Under the pieces are notes generated by a model. That model had not been told where the DNA came from, did no database searches, and worked only from the letters and a program-made list of their open reading frames with translations. Source: Chiloscyllium plagiosum (Eukaryota). From it: a DNA stretch of 64,000 nucleotides. A program made the position numbers and the translations under genes. Of this stretch, positions 38,425 through 51,285 are shown piece by piece. The stretch is taken from contig NC_057728.1 in the NCBI RefSeq assembly GCF_004010195.1, positions 46,241,081 to 46,305,080 on the forward strand. The letters run 5' to 3'. Position 1 is the first letter of the stretch; each line of letters begins with the position of its first letter.

Positions 38425-40566
38425 CTGCAAGTAACCAGGGGGGATAAAGTATGCAAGGAATCTTTTGTTTTAAATACCGTGAGAGAGTATGTTGACTGGC
38501 ACAAAAGACACATTTTCATTTTCTCTGAAACAAGAAGTTTCACTTTGTATGTAAATCAATTAACTTAATTCTTATTACTCATAGTGAGTGGGTCATAACT
38601 ACAATAAGGGCGATGAACTTCATAATGGAGGGTTGACTTTTCTATATTTAACACATTCACAAAAAATGCCAATACAGTTACAAAGGGCTTGAAGACATGC
38701 ACAGCTCTGTCTGTAATGATATCATTTACAGCACTTGTTTTTCTTACTGCTATTAAATGCTTCTTATTTGACAGGCCATAAAGAAGTCGAGATTATCTAT
38801 TGATGGATTGAAAGCACCATTATTCAATGTATTGAGTAGTACTACAGAAACTGTTAAAGGTGTACTGAATTGTTTTCTATTGTTTGAGATGTCTGCTGTC
38901 CAGCTGTGTTTACATGCTGCTGGAAAGAACAGATCTCAAATTCAATTACCAATGCCAGAAGCTAAGCAAAAGCCCCAGAGTTTTAGCTGAAGGTAAGATT
39001 TGACCTCATTAACACAAGCAGCCCTGTTATTTTTTTTTTCTCCTTTCTGGTGATAACTAATTACATTCATGTGATGGCTCAGCAAGGAAAAAGCGATTAA
39101 ATTGTCCTTGTGAGAAACGAAGCTCACTCACTTCAATAATTTCAGTCCGAGACAAGATCTGAATCAGTAGTGTCATTTATTTCGCTCTTGCAAGAGGGGT
39201 GTGGTGCCCACTGTCCACAAGGCAGGGACACACACACACACTGAATTCAACTAGTACACAATATTTATGTAATTTAGTTCCTATTCTTTCATCCCATTGC
39301 TCCTCCTCTGTTTACATCTCTCACCTCTCTAAGACCGGCGCCCATTACTCTTGTTCATCTCTTGCCTTATCCGGCCTTGTCTGTGACAATATGCTTATTT
39401 CTGGCCTCACAAGGCCATTTGGTCACATCCCTCCCGTGGTCCATTGTTAGGTATATCCTCCTTCACCACCATCTGTTTCCCTCACTTGTTATGATCTTAT
39501 GACTCATGACTTCTTGATTGTGGTTTGTTCTTCTTTTTGCAGAAGCGGGAAATAGATGCTTATAACTACTGTTTGTACAGGCATATCTAGCTTAATCCCC
39601 TCCCCTCACAGCACCTTATCTATTTGTCTGTAACATCTACCATTGTTTGCAGGCACATTTCATTCTTGCATGCACATTTTAGCTAATACAAAAACAATTA
39701 TGTATTTCCTTCACTTAGTTTTCATTCTTATTGACTCAGCTCTTGGCTGAAATAATTATACACTGGTGTGAGTTCATTTACCTTGCATAAGTAATTATGA
39801 CTGCAGAAGTAACACTACTTTACCTATGTCCCACATCCTTATGTTTGAAAACTAAATATATAGTCCAGTAATGCTGGTATTCTCATGAATTGTCCTGATA
39901 AATACAAGCTGAACGGCTTTGTCAAAAAGTGTCTTTTTTAGCAATATATAAGTAAGATTTACTTAAAGAAACCACTTATTTTCTCTCATTTGAGTAGACA
40001 ATCTTTTTATCTAAGTTTGTTTATTCACTTTCAACCACTTGCAAATTATTTTGAACACTGAAGGGTATTGGAAGCTTGCAACAGGAAAAAATTAATTTCT
40101 GCAGCTAATTAATACAAATTGATTCTATACTGCAGAGATATTATCAGAAACATACAAAGCAAAATCAACTGGTCTGAGGCTTTCAAAGTAACTGACATTT
40201 TGAAGCTCAATTACACATTCTCAGAGAAAGGAATAGCTCAGAGCATGTTGCAAGGAACGAGCTGAATATCAAGTGAGAACTAGAAGAACTTTGATGTAGT
40301 AATAGAGATAGAGGTGGGGTTCATCTTAATTTCCATTGACCATAATGAAAAAATAAGGAATCTTATAGCAAGCTGTTTGGAAATCCTGGGGAAGAACTTG
40401 TTCAAAAAGTTGGTAAAAAGATTTGGAAAAACACTTTGGTCTGCATAATCTAACAAGCAAGGACAATATATCAAGATGTCAAGCTATAAGGAAAGAAAAT
40501 TTAAGAGAATCACAGGTTGTGGTAGAGAATGAAGATTACAAGTTAGAGAAACATTGTTAGCGATTA

Positions 40567-41245
40567 AAAGCTGGACAAAAAATGTTGGAGATCACAGCGG
40601 GTCAGGCAGCATCCAGAAAGCTAGCTAACATTTCAAGTCTAAATGACTCCTCATCAGAGCTGCAGTGAAGTGTGGAGGGGGCAGCATTCATGCTATAGTG
40701 GGAGCTTGCATGCCCACTTTTCTGTCTTCGGCATGCTGCAATGCTCAAGCAACTTACTGTGTAAACTGGAGGAGCAAAATCTTATCTTCAAACCAGGCAG
40801 TTTACAACCTTCTGAGCTCAATACTAAGTTCAACACCTTCAAATTGTGAATCACTTCCTTCCCTTTCTTTTAGCTTTGCATGTTGTATTCTTTGTCGCCT
40901 TCTGTCTCCTCCCCCACACCCCCCCCCACCCACCTCAGAGGGATTGTCTGTTCCTTCCAATCTGACAGTTAGACACACCATTGTTCTGCCTATTTCACAT
41001 TCCGATCACACAATCTGGACTATCAGCATGCTTTCTCCTGCAGCACTCTACAGTCTATCTACCCCCTCCACCACTATAGTATAAATGCTGCCCCCTCCAC
41101 ACTTCACATCAGCTCTGATGAAGAATCATCGAGACTTGAAACATGAGCTTACTCTCTCTCTATGGATGCTGCCTGACCTGCTCTGGTCTCCAGCATGTTT
41201 TGTCTTATGTTCAAATTCCAGTGTTTGCTGTAGTTTGTTCCTCCC
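40567..41245 (+). mobile_element. 5'-truncated Penelope element with inverted upstream pLTR (family D)
   Basis: GIY-YIG C-terminus HAHFSVFGMLQC...KLEEQNLIFKPGSLQPSELNTKFN (ORF 40643-40849); inverted repeats ~40573-40701 / 41071-41205; TSD TTGTTAG(C/T)GATTA at 40554-40566 and 41246-41258. Confidence 0.9.
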
Positions 41246-41271
41246 TTGTTAGTGATTAGCTATTCTTTACA

Positions 41272-41482
41272 TCATAAGAACATAAGAACTAGGAGCAGGA
41301 ATAATTGCGGTCCCAACACTGATTCCTGAGGCACACCACTAGTCACTGATTGCCAGCCAGAATAGCACTCATTTATCCTCACTTTTTTGTTTCCTGTTAG
41401 TCAACCAATCCTCTATCCATGCTAATACTCTAACCCTAACACTATGATTCCTTATCTTATGCAGCAGCCTCATGTGTGGCGT
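41272..41482 (-). mobile_element. CR1 fragment (tail joined to an RT piece)
   Basis: (CATAAGAA)2 CTAGGAGCAGGA then GGTCCCAACACTGATTCCTGAGGCACACCACT (reverse SGVPQESVLGP). Confidence 0.8.
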
Positions 41483-42634
41483 ATTCAGGTATTCAGGACA
41501 GTTATTTGTTCAAAGTAATACTCTCAGATTTGGGGCAGTATTTTAGTTTTTGGATTGTCACAAAGACATAGTGATCAAAAAATTATTTTTGCTTCAGATT
41601 TTTATTTTTAACACGTTGCTGAATAGATTTTAGTGGAAGAGAAAATGTATTGCATTCTATTATGGTGTCCACTGCTGCTATTTCAGATGAGATTTCATGC
41701 TGGTGATTACGAAACTTGAACTATGGCTTCATTTCAGAAAACTTATCCAATTTCAAACATAATTTGTGCCCAGACTGTTAATTGCATCCAAAGTGGGGAA
41801 CTTGCCCCAGTGTAACCAATTGTGTGCTAAGTGGGACACAGTAGCATGACATCTAGTGATTTTGCATCTATTAAAACTTGTAATATGATATTGATTTACT
41901 TCTCTATGCTACAGATCTGTATAAAGGCAAGCATCCTGCATAATAGTTGACATCTCACACATACACATATACGCATAAATATATCTGTGCATATATTTAT
42001 GCAAAAGTGCCAGCTATCTTGTGTATAACTGAAGATTTAGACCTTAATCCTTACTTAAATGGCAAACCAATTAATGGGTGCCATGTACATTGATTTAATC
42101 CTTTCTCTTACTATACAAACATAAACACTTGCAACTAGATGTGCTTCTTGGTGGGTGGTCGAGGTGTTTGATGAAAACCCTGCATTAAAGCTGTACAGTT
42201 ACTGTCAGTGAGATCTGGCACTATTTTCCAACTTTAGTACAATGGTAAATATTAGTACCCAATCAAATAAAAGTTGAATGTAAAGCAGTTAATGATCCAG
42301 AAATCAGCAGTTTGACCTTCCTAAATAAGAACAGCAGAATTTTCTGTGCCAGAGAACAGTGACAAATGGTTCAGGTGAGATGGGAAGTTGCAGCATTTAT
42401 TCACCATAAATTCCCTAGTGTCATGCTTGCTGCTAATTAAGTGAGCAAAATAGCAAATCCTGCAAACTATTGTTTCCAGAAGAGCTACAGACTGTTTATA
42501 TCTAATTTTCCTAATAATTCTATGAATAGAATATTCCTTTATTTCACTCCAGAAAACAAATGTTTATATTAGCTGTTTTGGGGGTGGGGGGGGAGGGGGG
42601 GAGGTACATATTCATGGTTATTTGAATCAATGTG

Positions 42635-42725
42635 TATGGACATGTTATGACACAAACCTCCTGGGGCAGGTGGGAATTGAACTGGGATCTTCTGGCTCAC
42701 AGTTAGAGACACGACCTTAGTGCCT
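42635..42725 (-). mobile_element. tRNA-derived SINE head fragment
   Basis: Reverse complement has B-box-like CCAGTTCAATTCCCACCTG; a related plus-strand remnant lies at ~62065-62172. Confidence 0.45.
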
Positions 42726-45689
42726 TGAGAGCTCTAAAAGCTTAAATCATCTGGCATTCCCTAGTGTAAGCACTAACTACTAACCACTTAGCTTTTGAGA
42801 TGGGACACATCAGGTATTTTCAGACTTACATGGCTGTAAATATTTTTAATAACCAATAAAGGCAGATGGAATGTGAGCCCAGACCATCTAGTATAGGAAC
42901 AGTACTACTGCATCACAAGATCTTCTTCCTACACATCGGTATGGTTTCAAACAAGGACCCTTTCGCAGTTAAAGTGAACATGATAACTATTACACTAAGG
43001 AAATTGAACAAGTACACATGCCTAGCTGTTAGGCAGTTGGAAGCTTGGAGCCGATTATCTACTGGTGAGATTGTATTAATATCCTAATGTCCTTAATTGA
43101 CAAAGCTGAGTTATTTAATCAGTTAGATTACAATCCCTGTTCATACTTGCCAAGGGATTGTTGATGGAGACAATGAGCTATCTGATGTGACCCAGACACC
43201 TTTAAAGAGCTGTGACCAATTAAAGGTAAGCAGCTCTATAGGGGAAAAGTTCTGTCAGCCTTCTCTCAGAAAGGATGGAAATATTTTGAAACCTATAATT
43301 GCTGCAGTGAAGAAAATTGTTCAGTGCTTTATATCTGTGCTATCTCACTAAAAAACATTAGAACTATTCCCTCTCTTGTCCTTATATTTTATCAAGGGTA
43401 TTTATCAACCTTTTCAAATGTCATAAATAGAAGTAATGACAGCCAAAATGAAGAGTAGACAAACCTAGTGTGGGGCATTTAATGGAACTAAAGAGCAATA
43501 GAGCATCCAGAATCCATTTGATTGCTGGTGGGAGATGTATTCCACTATGTGAAAGGTGTAAGGATGTTTGCCCTGTACAATCGTCAAGGACACCTTCAGC
43601 ATAATGCAGTGTAGTATTAAAGTACTGACAGAATCTGGTAATTGGTGTAGGATAATTTAATGGATACTTCAAGAATACCGGCATGACAGAACTCAACAAC
43701 AGTATTATGCAGTAGCACATGACCTAAAGTTGAATGTCACAAATTGCTTCACATTTACCGCCAAACCATGCTAAGCCTAAAGTATATCTCCATATTTCAG
43801 CAGGGTACACATTCAAAAACTAGAAATGAAAGCCTTATCATTCAGAAGCTTCACTTATCAAACATTTGCAACACAAGAAGACTCATTTACTGACACCAAG
43901 GATGGTACTTAGACGGTTCACATAGCAGCTTCTTATACTTCGTAAAATGTGCCATTGTGGTCACATTGAGCAGGCACCTCTTGCAATTAATGGGAAATCC
44001 AAGAAAAGTGCTGTCCATATTTGCTAATGCATCAGTAACCTATCTACCATACCTAAAGCTCATTAATTTTATCACAGTGGAAACAATGGCATAGCAGTTA
44101 CAAGGAGTGGTGATCTTGCCAAAATTGACAGTGCCATCTCCATGTTGCAAGTGACGGCAGGTGGTTTTTATTGTAATTGCCAAGATCTGCCCTGGGTATT
44201 TGGTTCCACGTTTTGGCATTATGCAGGTTTAATAAGATCTTTAATGATGATGTGGTCCTTCTTGGTCTCCCTGGTATTCCTGCAAGGAAATGGTTAAATT
44301 CTTTAACTTTTCAGAATGATTTTGTTAGCAACATTTAGTTAGTAGGGCATTCCAGTCAGACAGTCTTGTTTTAGCTGCTAAGGAAAGATTGCAAAACATT
44401 CTCATTAAACTCCAACTTTGAAAAGATATGTGGTGTAGATCTGAAATAATAGGGAGTGAACCATGTTCTGGGGAGATATTCTTGTTAAAAATAAAGCCAA
44501 TGTAGTTAATTGCATGAGGTAACACTTTGAAACTTGTAAATCTCCACTCCAGGAGGTGAGAATTATTTTTTTTCACTCAGTCATGGGGGTTTTGAATTTA
44601 CTGTTTGAAAGAATGGCAGAGGCATTAAGCTCATCATATTTTTAAAAATCTCAGCTGAATATGGATTTGAAGTACTGTAACCTTCAAAGAAATGCATCAA
44701 AATGCATCAGAAAGTGATATCCGACTAGATGATGCTTTTTCACCTGCCAAAGGCAAGATGGCAAATAGCCTTTTTGTGTCCCATTATTTATTGATATTTT
44801 TCAAAGCCTCTTCTATGTTGCTAGGTTGAATGAAAGCTATATAATAAGGGGGGTTAGTATAAACATTTCAAAGAACTTGGACATTCTTGTCCCCTTAAAT
44901 CTGTGATGTGCAGATCTACCACAATCTTTACATTTTTAATCCTGGCTGTGAATAATATATATAATTATTATTATATGCATTCTTATCTGTTCTTGCACAC
45001 CTAACCCCCATCGGCTGCAGCTCACCACCACCTTCTCCACAGCAATTGTGAATGGGCAATAAATGCTGAACTAGCCACTGATGCCCACATTCTAAGAATT
45101 AAATTTAAAAACCTAGAGCTGTCAGTTGATCTATGTTATGAATGTTACGTGCATATATTATTATTCTAATTGTAATATTATTCTATGCACTCTAACATTT
45201 TTACACTCTGTTGCTTCCTGACATGCTCTGATTATCATCTTTCTTGTTGCTACGTTTCTTTCGATTTTACTTTATTATACTTCTCACGCTTTGACTTTAA
45301 TTTATCATAACATCCCACATTGCCAACCCTCCCCACTCTGCAACAAAACGCATTTAATTGAAAGCCTTCTATACTTTCACAGATTTAGGATTTGGGAGAA
45401 CAACGTTGTTCAGGAAAGGCAACCCTAATAACACAGATCCTACTTTCCAGGCACTGCTGCCAGAGCCCCGTGAATTAAAAGCAATGTCTTCCATCCTAGT
45501 CTTTTTCATTTAGAACTTGTGGCTTAAGCAATAATCCATAGATTATTGTCATTTGAACAGGGTTCTATTTTTATTTAAAATTAGCCCCTAGCTGCTCATA
45601 ATCTCGAAGCAGTACCTCTTTCCTAGTTCCACGTATGTTATTGATACTGCATATCACAACTACTGTTCCTTACCCACCCATGCAAAAGT

Positions 45690-46084
45690 TCTCTCCTGTC
45701 CTGAGCTGAAGACACAAACCCTGGTCCAAGGCAGACAACATAACCTTCTGGACTTTTACTTTTGGATGCAGAAAACTGTACTTACAGATTGTTCTGTTTT
45801 TAACTTCAACATCTGTTTATCTGCTTCATTTGCAGTCACACTCTCCTTTCTATGACCATTGACCAAACCAGAAGAGGTATGACTGCCTCTTGGAATAAAG
45901 TATCTGGGGAACATTTCCATATCCTGATGCATCAAAGTGTTTATAGCTCAGCAGCCAGCTGATTGGTTCTGGGCTATAGTGCTTCAAGCTGCTGGTATTT
46001 ACTGCAGGTATATTTGCCCTGGATCATACTGATGTCTTGGAGGTCCTATATTCTGCAGTCACAATGCATCACCTGCCCTGTCAT
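45690..46084 (-). mobile_element. Old CR1 ORF1 N-terminal fragment
   Basis: Minus strand from 46084 reads MTGQVMHCDCRI*DL...YTCSKYQQLEAL*..NQLAAEL*TL*CIR, homologous to ORF1 at 6325. Confidence 0.65.
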
Positions 46085-46506
46085 CTTTATTACGTGTTAA
46101 TTAATTGGTTTTAATCAATTAATTTATAACTAATAAATCTTTCTAGTCCTAATAAACCTTACTATTAAAGCCAGTAGATATTACTATTGCTATAATGAAT
46201 AAAACCTTACATAAATGTATTAATTAATACATTATATTAACGTTGAAAGATAAAGGAACAAACCAATTCACCAACAATTTCTCTTTAATGTTACATTTTG
46301 AATTTTTGCTCTGAATGTGGCCAGTCCACAGACTGACTCTACTCCCCATCCCATGCTTTATCATTGAGTCTCCATCACTCTCATGCTGTTTAATGAGCTA
46401 CACAGACATCTGGGTGTCTTGGTGCATCATAAAAAGTTAGTCAGCAGGCACAGCAATTAATTAGGAAGGCAATTAAATATTGTAAGTTATTGCAAAAGGA
46501 ATGGAA

Positions 46507-46678
46507 CAAAAAGGAACCTCGATTATCCAAAGCATATAGGTGGGGAGTATTCCGTTCAGTTAATCGAGTGCCAGATAGCATAGTTAGCCAAACATTGGGA
46601 CCTTGTGATCTTGTTCGGGTAATCCGAAATTCGGTTAATCAAGGTTCCTCTTTATAAAGGATAATCGAGGTTCCTCTG
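46507..46678. mobile_element. MITE, same family as 22336-22509, opposite orientation, duplicated right TIR
   Basis: AGGAACCTCGATTATCC ... TTAATCAAGGTTCCTCT-TTATAAA-GGATAATCGAGGTTCCTCTG-TA. Confidence 0.85.
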
Positions 46679-46784
46679 TATAAAAGTTAAGCGTTTTGCT
46701 ACATTAGTAAATGGCATTGATAAGACCACATGTAAAACATTGTGTACGGTTTTGGTTTCCTTATTAAAAAAAAGATTACAAACA

Positions 46785-46905
46785 CAGCAAAAACAGAAGT
46801 TGCTGGTAAAGCTCAGCAGGTCTGGCAGCATCTGTGAAGAAAAATCAGAGTTAATATTTCACATCCAGTGACCCTTCCTCAGAACTCAGAAGTTCTTTCT
46901 GGTTT
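46785..46905 (-). mobile_element. Penelope pLTR fragment (family C), decayed hammerhead
   Basis: Reverse complement AGTT-CTGAGGA-A-GGGTCACTGGATGT-GAAATATT-AACT. Confidence 0.8.
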
Positions 46906-49344
46906 TACAAGCAAAGAAGTTTTGAGAAACGTCATTTAACTGATTCCTGGAATGAGACAGTTATCATATAAAGAAACATCAGACAAATTGGGCCCAAATC
47001 CATTGGTGTTTAGAGGAATGAGAGGTGATGTTATTGAAACATATAAAATTCAGATGGGATTTGACAAAGTGGATATGAAAAAAGATGTTTCCATTTGTAG
47101 GGGTGACTCTGTTCCCTAGAATGATGGAAGTTGAGTCTTAATATGTATTTAAGACAGAGGTCGATAGTTTATTGACAAACAAGGGAGTGAAAAAATATTA
47201 GTGTTAGGTAGCAAAGTGGAATTGGTGCCACAGTCCAATCAACTATCACCTTATTGTAAGGTGGATCAGGCTCTGAGGAACAAAAGTTATGTTTGTATAA
47301 GCTCCAAAAATTGGAAACTGTTAAATCTTTCTCAATGACAAAACAGTGTTAACCTGTTATTAATCTATTATAAAAGACTAGCATTGAACGTGGTGTTCAG
47401 ATTCAAACACTTTGACATTGTCCTGCGCAATATTAATAAAATGTAACAAATGCACAAACCAATAATTAAATTGTAGTATTGGAGAAAGAAATGCATTTAA
47501 TGAATGGATTGCTAATATTACATAACTCAATTCAAACAATGCATATTACAGCCGTCGTGCATAGTTCAAAAACCACCCTTCTATTTGTTTTTATTTCCTT
47601 AAACTAATTGCAAATATATTCATCATTATAAATGCAGAATGATTGGACAATCAAGGCATGGTTATGATATTTTCAACATGACAAAACTGTCTTTGGTAGC
47701 GAAAAAAAGGCCAGTTAACTTTTGATACACTGTGATGTACTTTGTACTGTTGAGAAGGATGAAGCCATGGGTACAATCCAGATGTTTAACGATTTAACCA
47801 AGTGTTTACAAAGTTACTGCAGGACATTCTAATAAGAGAAGATAAATCATGTGCCATTGAGGATGTTTTTGTGCGGCAAGAATACTGTCACCTGTCACAC
47901 AAGTATTTTCCCAGTTTCCACTAATCTCTCAGTGACCTTTTGTCTGGATTGTCTTCCCAGTTCTTCCATAGTGTTTCTGGTCCTGCATCCTCCCAATCAG
48001 CAAGATGCCTGTCAATGCTGATAGAGCTCAATTATCTAACTTAACTGAATCCTAAGCATAGAGAATACTTCAATACCCTCTCCAGTGCAGTCAAGAAACC
48101 TGTATAATTGCTCTACCCACCAGCCCTTTGATCTATGCCACACTTGAAAATCAATACCAATCTACAGCAAGTAAATAATCCAGACAATATTTTCCTTGCT
48201 TCACGCAAAAGATTCTAATAATTCAACCAGTCAAAAATGCGAAATATAAACATCACAATAGTCAAGCAAATCTATGAGTTGGTATCATCACCTTCAAAGT
48301 CGGTTTCAACTGATATTGTTATATCATGTTTCTAATTAAGGTTATATTATGATCATTGTTCAGGATGACATTTCCTTGCCTATCAATTCTGTAGACCACA
48401 AATAACAAACGTTGATGTGTATGTACATTTAATGGGTGGATCAGATTTGCATATCTACATTAAAAAATTAAAAATTCCCTCTGAATAATCTATGCTTCAC
48501 TTTCAACAGGGTGCCTTAATCTGATGCTGCAGTGATTATGTTTTCCCTCATACAATGATAAACTAGATGTAGAAATATTTACCACAGCTACTATTATATA
48601 CAATTATCACAATCATAAATGCCTAGTGCCAGGGCTAATATTCACCTAATCCCTTACAGCAAACAAATATGCTTTCAAATGTTTGTCATGCCTCAAGTGG
48701 TCCAAAGAAAGATGGCATCTAAGACTTTTATACCCTTAACTTGCAAACTATGAAACAGTGATAATATTTTGAGTATGTCTCTTAAAGTTGTACTGAATTA
48801 ATATATATCTCAGAGGAATATTGGCATATTGGGATGTAAGACAATATTCTCCCTTTCTCCAAAAAAAAACTATTCCAAACTGATGTACATTACAGGTATT
48901 GTCAGTTCAATAGTTAAGCAAACAAGATTACCAGTTCCAACTTCAAAGTAGTGCTTTGGAGATCTAATGACTCATGCTGATCCAGTGGTTGTATAACTGT
49001 CTGGAGAAGAAGGCGTTGCTTGCTGTTGTTCTTGGTTGACAACTCGGTTGCCTTGCTGCTCAATACCACTACATAAGCATCACCATTGAATTTTCCTTCC
49101 TCACACTATTTATTGATTCAAATTGACTTCTTATTCTTTGCAATATAGCACCATGATCCACAATGACTTTATACATTCTGTGCTGGTTGCATTTTATAGA
49201 AATCTTTGCTGGTGTCTAAGAATTTGTATTTCTAGCTTGTATTCTCTGCTCAGTGCACAGTTTTTGAAGTTCTCTATTTGCTTGCATCATTTTCTTTGTC
49301 TTTGAAGAAGAGTGCTTTATGCCTCAGAATGATTTGTGTTTGAG

Positions 49345-50420
49345 TTTGATCTATTGTTGTCACAAGTACTGGGATACAGTGAAAAGTGTTGTTTTGCATG
49401 TTATACAGGCAGAATGTACCATAAAAATTGCATCAGGGTAGCAAAACATGATGCAGAATGTAAAGCTACAGCTGCAAAGAAGGTGCGGTGAGAGAGTGAT
49501 TAGAATTAACATTGGAGAGGTCCTTTGAAAAGTCTGATAGCATAAAGGAAGAAGCTGTTCTTGAATCTGATTGTATGTGTATTCAAACTTTTATATCTTC
49601 TGCCTGATGGAAGAGAGTTGAAGAGAGTATAACTGGGGTGGGAGGAATCTTTGATTATGTTGGTTGCTTTCCTGAGGCAGTGGTAAGTATAGATGGAGTC
49701 AATAGATGGGAGGCTGGTTTATGTGATGAGCTGGGCTGTGTTCATGACTCTCTGTAGTGTCTTTCAGTCTTGGGAAGAGCAGTGCCATACCACACTGTGA
49801 TGCATCCAGATTGGATGCGGTAAGAGTCTTTGTGACATGCCAAATGTCCTTGGCCTCTTAAAAAAGTAGAGGTGTTTTCGTACTTTCTTGACTGTTGCAT
49901 CAACTGGATGGACTGGAACAAATTGTTGGTGCTCATCACTCCCAGGAACTTGACACTCTCAACCATCTCCATCACAGCTCTATTCATGCAGCGAGGGACG
50001 TGCCCTCCACTCTGCTTCCTAAAGTCAATGACAAGCACCTTCATTTTGCTGACATTGATGGAGAGATTCTTTTCTTTATGCTGTTATGAATTCAATCTCT
50101 TTCTTGTATTCTGTTTCCTTAATATTTGAGATCCAACCTACAGTGGTGGTATTATCATTAACAAATGGAGTTGGGGTGGAATTTATCCACACTGTCATGT
50201 GTGTATAAAGACTACAGTGGGGGCTGAGTACACAGCCTATTGGGGCACCGGTTTTGAGGATTATAGCGGAGGAGGTGTTGTCACCTATTCTTACTGATTG
50301 CAGTCTGTGGGTCAGAAAATCAAGGATTGAGTTACAAAGGGATAAGCTGAGACCCCAGTCTTCGAGTTTAGAGATGAGTTTGCTTGGAATTATGGTTTTG
50401 TAGGTGGAGCTGAAATTTGT
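49345..50420 (-). mobile_element. Rex1/Babar-clade LINE, 3' fragment
   Basis: [17 protein letters not shown]...[20 protein letters not shown]...[19 protein letters not shown]...VESVKFLGV. Confidence 0.88.
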
Positions 50421-51157
50421 GCTAGAAATCTGTTCTCCATTGTTATTGCATGGCAATGCAGCAATGCAATGAGAAACTCTTGCTTTGTTGCTCAATACGT
50501 AAAGATCATCGAGACAAATATTACATGCCCTATATTCTAATAGACCAACTGAGCTTAGTCAAGGATTTACTCTTCATTGTGTACTCTGAATTGGTTTGTT
50601 GCTACTATCATCCATATTGTAGAGGTCACTTCCATTTCTGAGGCTACCACATGTTGCGCGGATCACATACATTTACAATGAATTGAATATCCTGATCCAT
50701 CCCTGGCCAGTTTTCAGTTTTATGTGTTAGTCATCAATACTCCTGTATCCCATGTATGACATGAATGTAATATCTGGCCATAATGCTTCTCATATTTAGG
50801 AATTGTTTGCCATTGAAAATGATTTGTGGTAATATACCAAGTTTGTCCCTGTGTGGTTAGCATGAACAAATATTTCCTGATGTTTCTTTATTACTGCAGG
50901 TCATTCCTGAACAATAATCTGTTGCAGCTGTACAGTTGCTCAGCTTTAGCAGTTGCTGATTGCAACTGTTCATATGGGCTTTAGCCAAAGGGGAATAGAT
51001 CAACATTGAGAACACTTTCAACTTTATAGTCTAGCGCATCAATGTGTAAATCAAGAGGAATATGACAGGTCTTTGTGTGACTTGGATAACCTGTTCAATG
51101 TGTCAGAATGCAATGACTTTTTATTTCTGTTATCAGTTTTATTTCTCTCTCCCTTTA

Positions 51158-51285
51158 AACATAGAATAATAGAATCATACTAGGAGCAGAAGTAAGTCAT
51201 TCAGCCCTTTGAGCCTGCTCCATCATTTAACAGAATCAAGGTTGATCCTTTATCTTAATGCCATATTTCCACGTTCTCCACATTT
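51158..51285 (-). mobile_element. CR1 3' end fragment
   Basis: CATAGAA repeats then TAGGAGCAGAAGTAAGTCATTCAGCCCTTTGAGCCTGCTCC. Confidence 0.7.

Larger units (their letters stand above)
46400..47280 (+). mobile_element. Old CR1 3' fragment with nested MITE and pLTR
   Basis: ACAGACATCTGGGTGTCTTGGTGCAT...AGACCACAT...GAATGAGAGGTGATGTTATTGAAACATATAAAATT. Confidence 0.75.

Noticed and set aside
42580..42604. G-run able to form a G-quadruplex
   Set aside because: Simple homopolymer tract with no supporting context
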